A stretch of DNA of 64,000 nt, from positions 14,598 through 78,597 of the forward strand of contig CAMAPH010000009.1 of the NCBI GenBank assembly GCA_945859975.1. Reading direction: 5' to 3'. Below are positions 55,143 through 64,000 of the stretch, in pieces. Within the stretch, counting starts at the first letter, position 1; each line of letters starts with the position of its first letter. The notes under the pieces were generated by a model. It did no database searches, had not been told where the DNA came from, and worked only from the letters and a program-made list of their open reading frames with translations. The DNA comes from Chthonomonas calidirosea. Lineage in GTDB: Bacteria > Armatimonadota > Fimbriimonadia > Fimbriimonadales > Fimbriimonadaceae. A program made the translations under genes and the position numbers.

Positions 55143-57155
55143 ATGGTGGTACTACTGCGTGCCTTGGCTTTCTTCAGCTTCCGTCGATGCCGCAATTTAA
55201 TACCTATTTGCTTTATGCTGCTCGCTTCGATCAGCTTTGGGCAAGCCCCTTCATCCGTTCCTGAGATCAAAACTGCACAAACCACCCAAATCATCAAAAT
55301 TGACGGCGAGATTGAAGAGTCCGAGTGGCAAGGCGCATTTGTGCAAGACGGCCTTTTTGATCCTGTCACTGGTCAAGGCGCTCGAAACCGGACGAAGGTT
55401 TTCCTCACCTACAACCAAGAGGCGCTCTTTGTGGCGTTTCGGTGTTACGCGCTGGAGCCGAGCGATATCATCGCTCGAGAAATTCGGATCGGGGCAGAGT
55501 TTGAAGGCGAAGACTTCGTTGGATTTACGATCAATCCTTTCGGAACCCGCAGCGGTTCCGGCACGAGCGACTTCTTTGTAAATCCGCTAAACACTCAAAG
55601 CGATGACATCGCTGGAGGAAGATCTTCGAAGCGCGAGTGGCGAGGCGAATGGACTTCTGGCGCCAAGAGACTTGAGGACGGCTGGTCAGTCGAAATGCGC
55701 ATCCCTTGGAAGGTCTTGAACTATCCGAGCGGCAAGGACCTTAACATGGACGTGATCTTTGCTCGGGTTGAAGGCAAGCGCCAGACAAAGTCCTTCTGGC
55801 CAAATATCGGCTTGCAAGAATTCAGCGACCGTTCGGCCCGTTGGTTAGGTGTTTCGCCTCCACCGGCCGCGCTGAAGCCGTTTCAGTACCTCGGCTACAT
55901 TGCGCCAGAATACGATCGCACCTCGTCCGGAGTGCGAGCCGGGTTGGACGTCCGATACCAACCGACCTCGACCGTCACCGGTTTGCTTTCCGTAAACCCA
56001 GATTTCCGCAACATCGAAGCCCAAATCGTGGGCATCGACTTCACCCGAACCGAACGATTTCTAAACGATGTTCGGCCGTTCTTCACGGAGGGTTCGGACT
56101 TCTTCAGGACCGGCGGATTCTTTGGTTACGGCAACCTGTTCTATTCAAACCGCATCCAGGAAATGGATTGGGGCGCAAAGAGTTTTGGCCGCATTACGAA
56201 CCGGTTGGATTACGGCGCGCTCGTGGCCAATGACACCGGGAAGCAGTCGGTCGGCGTGTTCCGAATCCACCAGGACCCCGGTCAGCGCGGCGATATGTCG
56301 CTGTTCGGCACAACGCTGAACCGCCCCGGCGGATATCGCCACGAGGCCCTGGGCGGCAGCTACTACACGCAGCGCGGCTCGTTTGCGTGGTCCGGAAACG
56401 CGGCCGTCGAAAAGGATCAGTCACGAGCCTACAGTTCCGCTGGCAACGTTTCGATGAACTATCAGGTCCCGAACTGGTTCTCCGACGTGACCTACCGGTG
56501 GATCAAACCGGACTTTGCTCCGCCGCTTGGTTTTATTCCTTGGACCGACCGAAAAGGGTTTTCGTCTTACACCGAGTACTTCCGTGAGTTCCGAAAAGGC
56601 GGCGTCCGGGACGTGAATGCGAACATCTTCGGAACGTACTTCGAACAGTACGATGGCCAAGAACAGGAGAAAGGGTTTGAAGCCTCGGCTGGAATGACAA
56701 CCCGCAACGACGTGCGTCTTGGCGTGAACCACACGAACACAAGGTTCTTTGGCAAGTTGGATCGAGTCTTCGGAGTCTTCATTTCGCCGAATCAAAGCAA
56801 CCGATTCCGAAAGTTCTCGATCTACACCGAGGCTGGGCAACGCGGCGGAGTTTCGAGCAACTTCACCAGCCTGCAGGCGAGCTATCGCTTGTTCAAGCGC
56901 ATGGACCTCGGGCTTTCTCACTCGGTGATTACCGTGGGCGATACGGATCGCCAAACCATCGCCACCCTCGGATACGAGTTCTCGCGAACAATGTCGGTCA
57001 CTGGTCGATTAGTCGATAGCAATGGTCGCCGAAACGGCTATCTTGCCTTCCGAAACGGTGGTGGAAGCGGAACCGAGTACTACTTAATCGTCGGCGACCC
57101 AAATACCCAAGAATTTGTGTCCCGAGTCAGCGTAAAAGTGGTGTTTGCGTTCTAA
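55143..57155 (+). CDS. CBM9-like/DUF5916 outer-membrane protein
   Basis: IKIDGEIEE.EW, GWSVEMRIPW, VNPDF, RPFFTEG and FYSNRI motifs, C-terminal F. Start is uncertain. Confidence 0.8.
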   Translation: MVVLLRALAFFSFRRCRNLIPICFMLLASISFGQAPSSVPEIKTAQTTQIIKIDGEIEESEWQGAFVQDGLFDPVTGQGARNRTKVFLTYNQEALFVAFRCYALEPSDIIAREIRIGAEFEGEDFVGFTINPFGTRSGSGTSDFFVNPLNTQSDDIAGGRSSKREWRGEWTSGAKRLEDGWSVEMRIPWKVLNYPSGKDLNMDVIFARVEGKRQTKSFWPNIGLQEFSDRSARWLGVSPPPAALKPFQYLGYIAPEYDRTSSGVRAGLDVRYQPTSTVTGLLSVNPDFRNIEAQIVGIDFTRTERFLNDVRPFFTEGSDFFRTGGFFGYGNLFYSNRIQEMDWGAKSFGRITNRLDYGALVANDTGKQSVGVFRIHQDPGQRGDMSLFGTTLNRPGGYRHEALGGSYYTQRGSFAWSGNAAVEKDQSRAYSSAGNVSMNYQVPNWFSDVTYRWIKPDFAPPLGFIPWTDRKGFSSYTEYFREFRKGGVRDVNANIFGTYFEQYDGQEQEKGFEASAGMTTRNDVRLGVNHTNTRFFGKLDRVFGVFISPNQSNRFRKFSIYTEAGQRGGVSSNFTSLQASYRLFKRMDLGLSHSVITVGDTDRQTIATLGYEFSRTMSVTGRLVDSNGRRNGYLAFRNGGGSGTEYYLIVGDPNTQEFVSRVSVKVVFAF

Positions 57156-57167
57156 AATAGTAGACAG

Positions 57168-59243
57168 ATGAGCATCGTTAAGTACGACACCCCCTTGGTG
57201 CTTGCCAAAGACTTCACCCCTCGCGGCGACCAGGCTACGGCCATCGCGGGATTGGTTGAGGGATTGGATGCGGGCTATCGGTTCCAGACCTTGCTCGGTG
57301 CGACCGGTACGGGAAAGACGTACACGATGGCGAGCGTCATTGCGGAGACACAACGCCCGGCGCTCATCATCGCGCACAACAAAACCCTGGCCGCCCAGCT
57401 TTGCCAAGAGTTCCGGGCCTTCTTTCCCGAGAACTCGGTTCAGTACTTCATCAGCTATTACGATTACTATCAGCCCGAAGCGTACGTGCCGAGTGCGGAT
57501 TTGTACATCGAAAAAGACAGTTCGGTGAACGACGAAATTGAACGGCTCCGCCACGCGGCGACGCACTGTCTCCTTGAGCGCAAAGACGTGATCGTCATTG
57601 CGTCCGTCAGTTGCATCTACGGCCTGGGTTCGCCGAGTGAGTACGCGGAGGCGGTCGTCACCTTTGAAAAGGGCCAAACGATTGAGCTTGACGATGTCCT
57701 GAAGAAGCTCAGCCAGATGCAATTCACCCGAACGGCTCTCATTCTTGAGCGCGGCACGTTTCGAGTTCGCGGCGACACCTTGGAGGTTCAACCCAAGGAT
57801 GAAGAGATCGTTACCCGGGTCGAGTTCTTTGGCGACACCATCGAGCGAATTCGGCTCGTTGACCCGCTGACCGGCGAGGTCATTGACGAACCGAACCGGA
57901 TCTCTGTCTTCCCCGCCACCCACTACGTGACGCCTTGGGAAAAGATGGACGTGGTGACCGCGCAGATTCAGGCGGAGCTTGAAGCCCAAGAAGCGATGTT
58001 CATCTCGCAGGGCAAGTTGCTAGAAGCGCAACGCATCCGACAGCGAGTCGAGTTCGATCTGGAAATGATGCGAGAGGTCGGCTTCTGTAACGGCATCGAG
58101 AACTACAGCCGCTACTTCGATGGTCGAAAGCCGGGCGACCCGCCGTACACTTTGCTCGACTTCCTTCCCACCGACGCCCTCGTCTTTATCGACGAAAGCC
58201 ACCAGACGTTGCCGCAGATTCGCGCGATGTACAACGGCGACCGACAGCGAAAGTCCGTGCTCGTGGACTACGGCTTCCGACTTCCCTCCGCGCTCGATAA
58301 CCGTCCGTTGCAGTTCGATGAGTATCTAGAACGCGTGCCCCAGGTGGTCTTTGTTTCTGCCACGCCGGGACCGTTTGAGGCCGAGGTGCAGAGCCAAGTG
58401 GTCGAGCAAATCATCCGCCCGACGTTTATCGTCGACCCAGAAATCGACATTCGGCCAAGCAAAGGTCAGATCGATGACTTGCTCAACGAAATCCAGATGC
58501 GCGCGGCGATGAACCAGCGAACCCTTGTCACGACGCTGACCAAGAAGATGGCGGAAGACCTGACCGGGTACCTGCAGGACATTAACGTCAAGGTCAACTA
58601 CATCCACTCGAACGTTCACAGCCTTGAACGACCCGAGATTTTGCGAGACCTTCGGCTTGGCGTGTACGACGTTGTCGTCGGTGTCAACCTGCTCCGAGAA
58701 GGTTTGGACCTTCCAGAAGTCACGCTCGTCGCGATTCTTGACGCGGACAAGACCGGATTCCTGAGAAGCGCCACCGCGCTTATTCAGACCGTTGGCCGAG
58801 CGGCACGTAACGTTGAAGGCAAAGTCATCATGTACGCCGACGTGATCTCGGACGCGATGCAAGCCGCTATCGACGAGACGAACCGCCGCCGAGCAATCCA
58901 GCAGCGCTACAACGACGAACACGGAATCTCGCCGAAAACCGTCACGAAGATGGTTCGAGAAACCGTGCGTTCCTACGATGCCGTGAACGAAGTGGCAAAC
59001 CAATACTCCGACGAGGTTCGCGAAGCGATCGGAAAGGACGGCGCGCCGGTCCGGGTCGAAGATATTCCGCTGCTGATCGATGCCCTTGAGAAGGAGATGA
59101 AGGACCTTTCGAAGGCAATGGAGTTTGAGAAAGCCGCGAAGGTTCGCGACGAAATTGGCGAACTCCGGAAGCTCAACGGCACGAGCGCCGGTCGATTAGG
59201 CCAAGAAAAGCGGCACAACCGACGATTCAAGCCACGGAGTTAA
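57168..59243 (+). CDS. uvrB: Excinuclease ABC subunit B
   Basis: [44 protein letters not shown] and a UVR domain. Confidence 0.98.
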   Translation: MSIVKYDTPLVLAKDFTPRGDQATAIAGLVEGLDAGYRFQTLLGATGTGKTYTMASVIAETQRPALIIAHNKTLAAQLCQEFRAFFPENSVQYFISYYDYYQPEAYVPSADLYIEKDSSVNDEIERLRHAATHCLLERKDVIVIASVSCIYGLGSPSEYAEAVVTFEKGQTIELDDVLKKLSQMQFTRTALILERGTFRVRGDTLEVQPKDEEIVTRVEFFGDTIERIRLVDPLTGEVIDEPNRISVFPATHYVTPWEKMDVVTAQIQAELEAQEAMFISQGKLLEAQRIRQRVEFDLEMMREVGFCNGIENYSRYFDGRKPGDPPYTLLDFLPTDALVFIDESHQTLPQIRAMYNGDRQRKSVLVDYGFRLPSALDNRPLQFDEYLERVPQVVFVSATPGPFEAEVQSQVVEQIIRPTFIVDPEIDIRPSKGQIDDLLNEIQMRAAMNQRTLVTTLTKKMAEDLTGYLQDINVKVNYIHSNVHSLERPEILRDLRLGVYDVVVGVNLLREGLDLPEVTLVAILDADKTGFLRSATALIQTVGRAARNVEGKVIMYADVISDAMQAAIDETNRRRAIQQRYNDEHGISPKTVTKMVRETVRSYDAVNEVANQYSDEVREAIGKDGAPVRVEDIPLLIDALEKEMKDLSKAMEFEKAAKVRDEIGELRKLNGTSAGRLGQEKRHNRRFKPRS

Positions 59244-60559
59244 GCCAAACCGGGAAGCGGACCATCGCCGCAGAAGTCACCGTTTCCGAACCGCTTGATC
59301 GGGTGTCCCATGCCGTGCGCAAGGGACATCAGCAATCGGTTATGCGGTAGCGAGTTGAACTTCACCGAGCGGCCCATCTTGAAATCGAGTCCGTTTCCGA
59401 CCATGACGAACGGAATGTTCTCCAGAGTGTGGGAGTTGCCCTGTCCAAGTTCGTTGGTCCACACGACCGTCGTGTTGTCCAACATGTTGCCGGTTCCGTC
59501 GGTCTCTGGGGTTTCCGCCAGGCGTTTACAAAGGTACGCAAGCTGCTCGCAGTACCAGCGATTGATCTTCGTGAGCTTCTCCTGTGCCTCTTTGTTAGAA
59601 TCGGGTTCGTGGGAGAGGTCGTGCTGCCCTTCTTTGATCCCAAGCCACGACATTCGGGCTTGGCCAACGCTGTTTGTGTACTGCAAAGTGGCGACACGGG
59701 TGCTGTCTGCGACAAAGCTGCTGACCATCAGATCGATCTGCAACTTGCTGAGCTCCGGCATTTTGTCGTTATCTCGTCGAACTCCCGCGGGCATGTCTGG
59801 CACCTTGTGCCCGACTTCCTTCTTGCGCGAGGCTTGGATTTCCTTTTCCATATCTCGAACGAGCGAAGCGTGCTCATCAAGAAGTAGCCGATCCTGAGCG
59901 CTCAGTTGAGACTTGACCTTCGCCATGTCGGCCTGAAGGTCGTCCAGTACGCTCTTAAGCGTTTCCTGATCCTTCATTTGGCCGTAGAGCTTGCCGAACA
60001 TTTGGTACGGATCGTCGATCGGCGCAATCGGCTTGTTCGGTCCGGCGTAGACCATGCGCGTCCAGGTGTCCGCGTGTTCAGGGACCATGACGCCGAACTC
60101 CAGGGAGCCAAATCGAGTTCGCGTGACAATCGACTTTTGGAGATGGTTCTTGATTTCTTGGTCGATCGAGTGTCCGCTCGCCCAGCCAGCTGGCGTGTCC
60201 GATCCGCCCTGAACGTTGCCGGGAAACAGCTCAATTCCGGTGAGCAGACAACCGATCCCGCGCATGTGGTTGTCGCCATCGCCGCGAACGCGATCTGAAA
60301 CGCCATTGAGGATCAGGGTTTTGTTCTTGAACGGCTCAAGCGGTTTAAGGCTCTCCTTGAGCTCAAAATTCGTTCCGACTTGATCCGGCCAGAACGTTTT
60401 GGGCACGATGCCGTCCGGGCTGAAGATGATCACCAGCCGCTTCTTGCGCGGGAGCAGGGCAAGCTCAGAGACGCTGGGCAGGTTCGTGACGAACGGCAGC
60501 ATCGCCGCACTCAGTCCCATGTCTCGGATGAACTCTCTTCTGGTTCTTTCGATTCTCAT
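59240..60559 (-). CDS. DUF1552 domain protein with Tat signal
   Basis: TRREFIRD leader, SIDQEI, HDLSH and MLDNT..VWTNELG motifs. Confidence 0.88.
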   Translation of the reverse strand: MRIERTRREFIRDMGLSAAMLPFVTNLPSVSELALLPRKKRLVIIFSPDGIVPKTFWPDQVGTNFELKESLKPLEPFKNKTLILNGVSDRVRGDGDNHMRGIGCLLTGIELFPGNVQGGSDTPAGWASGHSIDQEIKNHLQKSIVTRTRFGSLEFGVMVPEHADTWTRMVYAGPNKPIAPIDDPYQMFGKLYGQMKDQETLKSVLDDLQADMAKVKSQLSAQDRLLLDEHASLVRDMEKEIQASRKKEVGHKVPDMPAGVRRDNDKMPELSKLQIDLMVSSFVADSTRVATLQYTNSVGQARMSWLGIKEGQHDLSHEPDSNKEAQEKLTKINRWYCEQLAYLCKRLAETPETDGTGNMLDNTTVVWTNELGQGNSHTLENIPFVMVGNGLDFKMGRSVKFNSLPHNRLLMSLAHGMGHPIKRFGNGDFCGDGPLPGLA

Positions 60560-62922
60560 TTTGCGGCTGCCTTTGTGGGTTGCACGGCCGGTTTTCGCTC
60601 CGGCGCGAGGCTGGTTTGGACGACGGTTTCGGCCATCAACCTCTTAATACTAAACTGATTTTTGACAAAGCTGGCGGTGAGTTCGGAGATTAAGGTCGGC
60701 CGGTACGCCAGTGCGGGTTGCTTGACCATGTGATGAAACAGCTTTTCGGTGAAGGCGGCGTGCGCTTCATCGCTCGTTGCCAGGTAGTTCGACAAGTCAA
60801 CCGGGCCCGAGAATTTGACAACGGCACCGCCGCGGGTGCGATACAAGCCACTCGTATCGATCGTCTTGTTGTTTTCCTGCGTTCGCTCTTTTCCGATCGC
60901 ATCGAACCGCTCCAAGGCAAAGCCAAGCGGGTTGATCATGTTGTGGCAAGAGCTGCACGCATCTGGTTGGGTCTGCATGGCTACGCGTTGGCGAGTGGTC
61001 AGGCTCGGATGCAAGCTCGGCGCAAGCGGCGCGAAGGCGGCCGGTGGTGGCTGCAACGTACGGCCTAGGATGCTGCGCGCCACGAGCACGCCGCGATGGA
61101 TGGGCGAACTCGTTTCAAGATAGGCAAGCCGACTCAGCATGTAAGGGTGGGTTAACACCCCTGCTCGGTCTGCGCCCAGTTTCACCGTTTGGAAGTCTGC
61201 ATCCTTCGGCAAGCCGCCGCCGTAGATTTGCGACAGTCGCCCGTTGATCGGCATTTGCTGGGTCAGCATGAGTTGTCGATAGTCGGACGCCTCTGACCCC
61301 GCGGTTTGCTGGAGCATGAGTTCCAACGACTGGCGCAAGTCCGAAGCTGTCGCATCATCAAACTCGGGATAGCGCTTTGCGCTCTTCACCAAATCTGGAA
61401 TCTCGTCGACCTTCAGCCAGGAAAGAAGGAATTCCCGGAGCTTGGTCCATGCCTTCGGGTCCTGTACCATGCGATTTGCCTGATACTCAACTTGTTCCTT
61501 GGTCACCAAACTGCCCGCTGCGGCAGCGCGAAGGAGCTCATCATCGGGCAACGTGTCCCAAAGGCCATACGCGAGCTGTGAAGCCACCAGATAGCTATCT
61601 CTCTGCGCCTCGCCGATTTCTCGATAGAGGAATCGCGGCGACTTGAGGATCATCAAAAGCGAGCGTTTAATCGCGGAATCGGTTGACACGGTGTCGACGA
61701 AATGCTTTTCGACGTACAGCTGCTTCTGCTCGGGGGTCAGTGGTCGGCGGAAGGCTCGCTCTGCCGTCCGAAGCATGATTTCGGCCAGCTTCTTCTTTGC
61801 ATCTGCCGCGTTAGGATCCACTCCCGTGACCAGCTGGCAACGGGAAGCCACATAGCCCGCTGCTTCCAGCGCGGCTTCCGTGGTGGCGTCGTCCCAAGCC
61901 TTACTCACGCTACTTCCGCGCTCGTATCCAATGCTGCGATCATCTGCTGGGAAGCGAGTCGAGACGACGTAAGACTCCCGGACTTCTTGCGAGAATAGGA
62001 ACCTTGACGGAATCGTCTCGGCCGCGAGTTTTGGTCGCTTCCACTGCAACTCCACAAAGGCGGGAGCGGGCTTTAGTTTCTTTCGCTTTTCGGTGTCATC
62101 CACCCCGACCGTCGACTTAGAAAACTCGAGCACGATCGGATACGCCTGTCCGCCCGTTAGCGGTACCGAAGCCCGGAACTCATTGTCGTTCGAGCTCCGA
62201 ATCCAACCATCGATCAAGGGTTTCGATTGGCTATTCAAGTACAGCCGTACCGCTTGATCAGATCGCACGATGAACTCGTAGTCCCCTGTGTCCGGGGCCA
62301 CCACACTACCCACCCAACGGATCGAAAACTTGTGCGGATCTACATTATCTAGCCCAGGAACCTTGGGGGCTTCCGTGCCAAATTGAGCGCGGATGCCACT
62401 ATCCACCCGCTTGATGGGATATTTTCCTTCCCAGAGCCTTCCTCGGAAATAAGTGGCGCTCAGGCCTCCCCGAGTCCCAACGCCCCAGCGTGGCTGCATG
62501 CCCGAAAGCAGGTCGGTGACCGAATTCTTGAATTGCCGCACCGTCAAGCGGCTCAGGCTGACGCGGGCCGGTCGGTTCCGTTCCTGCGCGAGAGGCGAGT
62601 AGAACGTGTCGTACATGTACTGCGCAACTTTCGCGGCGTCGGGCGCAGCGCATTTCACCGGGCCCGGCGGCATCTGCTGGGCGATAAATTTGCTGAGCTC
62701 GCCGACGGATTGCGTGCCGGTTAGAGGCTTGGGAAACGCTGCGCCGCCTTGGCCATTCGCGCCGTGGCAAGGAGCGCATTTTGCTTGATAGACCTGTGCG
62801 CCGGTTTTGGCTTTTGCCAGTGCTTTAGGCTTTGTTTTCGCTTGTCCAGGCGCAAGGACGCTCATCCCCAAAAAGAGGCTTATTCCCGCGAACCCAAATA
62901 GAGTGTAAATCGGTGACGCCAC
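60556..62922 (-). CDS. Cytochrome c + PA14 + DUF1592/DUF1588 multidomain protein
   Basis: N-terminal CAPCH, PA14-like FSIRWVG...[27 protein letters not shown] and [11 protein letters not shown]. Confidence 0.88.
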   Translation of the reverse strand: MASPIYTLFGFAGISLFLGMSVLAPGQAKTKPKALAKAKTGAQVYQAKCAPCHGANGQGGAAFPKPLTGTQSVGELSKFIAQQMPPGPVKCAAPDAAKVAQYMYDTFYSPLAQERNRPARVSLSRLTVRQFKNSVTDLLSGMQPRWGVGTRGGLSATYFRGRLWEGKYPIKRVDSGIRAQFGTEAPKVPGLDNVDPHKFSIRWVGSVVAPDTGDYEFIVRSDQAVRLYLNSQSKPLIDGWIRSSNDNEFRASVPLTGGQAYPIVLEFSKSTVGVDDTEKRKKLKPAPAFVELQWKRPKLAAETIPSRFLFSQEVRESYVVSTRFPADDRSIGYERGSSVSKAWDDATTEAALEAAGYVASRCQLVTGVDPNAADAKKKLAEIMLRTAERAFRRPLTPEQKQLYVEKHFVDTVSTDSAIKRSLLMILKSPRFLYREIGEAQRDSYLVASQLAYGLWDTLPDDELLRAAAAGSLVTKEQVEYQANRMVQDPKAWTKLREFLLSWLKVDEIPDLVKSAKRYPEFDDATASDLRQSLELMLQQTAGSEASDYRQLMLTQQMPINGRLSQIYGGGLPKDADFQTVKLGADRAGVLTHPYMLSRLAYLETSSPIHRGVLVARSILGRTLQPPPAAFAPLAPSLHPSLTTRQRVAMQTQPDACSSCHNMINPLGFALERFDAIGKERTQENNKTIDTSGLYRTRGGAVVKFSGPVDLSNYLATSDEAHAAFTEKLFHHMVKQPALAYRPTLISELTASFVKNQFSIKRLMAETVVQTSLAPERKPAVQPTKAAAK

Positions 62923-62995
62923 TGTCCCGCTAGTCTCCCGCCTTCATTCTACACGCCGTTTCCCGGCGACCCAAATGTTGTACGTTCCGGCGAAC

Positions 62996-64000
62996 TCACC
63001 GTTCCGAATGCGTGAACTCGCCCGGCTCGCGCCAGTAAGTTCGACGTTTCGAAATTCGGTCAGGTCGGTCGCTGTAAACGGTTGTTACACGGGCGAACCA
63101 GTCGGTCTGGTCGCTGGCATCAAGCGTGAAGCGCATTCGGGATGGCCATTGCCGATACTTCAAATTCTTGTTCAAGACTTGAACATTCGATAACTTCTCC
63201 CTCGCCCATTCATGGCGAGGCAACCCTTCCGGTGCATCGAAATCGAGCAGGTCCAGGATGCCAAGGTGAAGCCGCAAGCCCTCGGTGTACAGCGGCAACC
63301 CGCGCTCGTAGGCCATACCAAGACAAGTCATCGCGATAACCTCTCGGCGCACATGCTCGTCACTCTCGCTCTTGAATCGCAGCCCTCGCATGGCCGGAAG
63401 TTGGCGGAGTTTGGACTCGGGGATCTTGCTACCGATGGCCAGCGCGGCGATGATAAGTAGGCCATCGGAAAGCGCTTCAAATTTATCCGTAAAGTTCGCG
63501 AGCCAGTCAAGGACGTCGGAAATCGCGCCTGATTGCAGCATCGCGTAAGCGCCTGCCGTTGCGCCTACGGGGTCTTGAAACTTCTGATCCATGAGTTCCT
63601 TGGCTACGGCGTCTTGGATGGTCCGGGCGGCCTCATGATGCCCTTGAAGCGCGTACGAAAGTAACCCTTCGGCCACGGGGTTCATCGTCATTACGCTCAC
63701 GCAGATGGGGTCCCTCGTACTTTCCAGCGCCCCACCGTCAGCTTGCTGTTGTTGCTTCGGCGACTCTAATCCGTCGGGTCTTTGAAAGACGACCACCTGA
63801 CTTGGAACATATGGCGGGACCATCACGAACCGAACCGGAACTTTCGGTCCGCCGATTTTCAAGACACGCTGAACATTGTCCGGATAAATCTCAACTCGCG
63901 CCGTAAGCGAATTTGTCCGGTCTTGAGACATCCAATCGACGCCGTTTGGCAGCGAAGTTGGCTGCCAGCCATCCTCCCCGTTTCGCCAAAGCTCCAAAAA
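62996..64000 (-). CDS. Hypothetical protein, 5' partial
   Basis: Frame is open to the window edge. Motifs KFQDPVGATAGAYAML and GLPLYTEGL. Confidence 0.7.
   Translation of the reverse strand, partial: FLELWRNGEDGWQPTSLPNGVDWMSQDRTNSLTARVEIYPDNVQRVLKIGGPKVPVRFVMVPPYVPSQVVVFQRPDGLESPKQQQQADGGALESTRDPICVSVMTMNPVAEGLLSYALQGHHEAARTIQDAVAKELMDQKFQDPVGATAGAYAMLQSGAISDVLDWLANFTDKFEALSDGLLIIAALAIGSKIPESKLRQLPAMRGLRFKSESDEHVRREVIAMTCLGMAYERGLPLYTEGLRLHLGILDLLDFDAPEGLPRHEWAREKLSNVQVLNKNLKYRQWPSRMRFTLDASDQTDWFARVTTVYSDRPDRISKRRTYWREPGEFTHSER

Noticed and set aside
55085..55369. 94-aa minus-strand ORF as a frameshifted N-terminal part of metH
   Set aside because: It has no resemblance to the MetH pterin domain and lies antisense to the DUF5916-like gene.

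Overview
A gene-dense, GC-rich bacterial chromosomal segment. Gene content and style suggest Armatimonadota (Fimbriimonadaceae-like); this is an inference, not a search result. Most of it is core or housekeeping: panBC, bcp, MTAP, dprA-like, mutY, hisS, proS, dus, scpAB-dac-rluB, hsp20-lon, ilvA, tag, uvrB, tRNA-Ser(GGA) and tRNA-Cys(GCA). Accessory loci are two DUF1592/DUF1552 operons, four tandem PEP-CTERM genes, a glycoside-hydrolase cluster, a ygiB/ygiC-like pair and a ParE-type toxin with a small uncalled antitoxin. The most notable observations are: (1) a MoxR-type AAA+ / HExxH-vWA (DUF2201-like) gene pair that overlaps the 3' end of dus; (2) a dense DnaA-box cluster at about 31.7 kb with no dnaA in the window; (3) stand-alone C-terminal halves of both carB and metH; (4) a recurring YANNNT hexamer 6 nt before many start codons, suggesting widespread leaderless mRNAs; (5) a 6x14-bp tandem repeat upstream of the PEP-CTERM cluster. 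No CRISPR array, integrase, transposase or rRNA was seen. All family calls come from motif recognition by eye.
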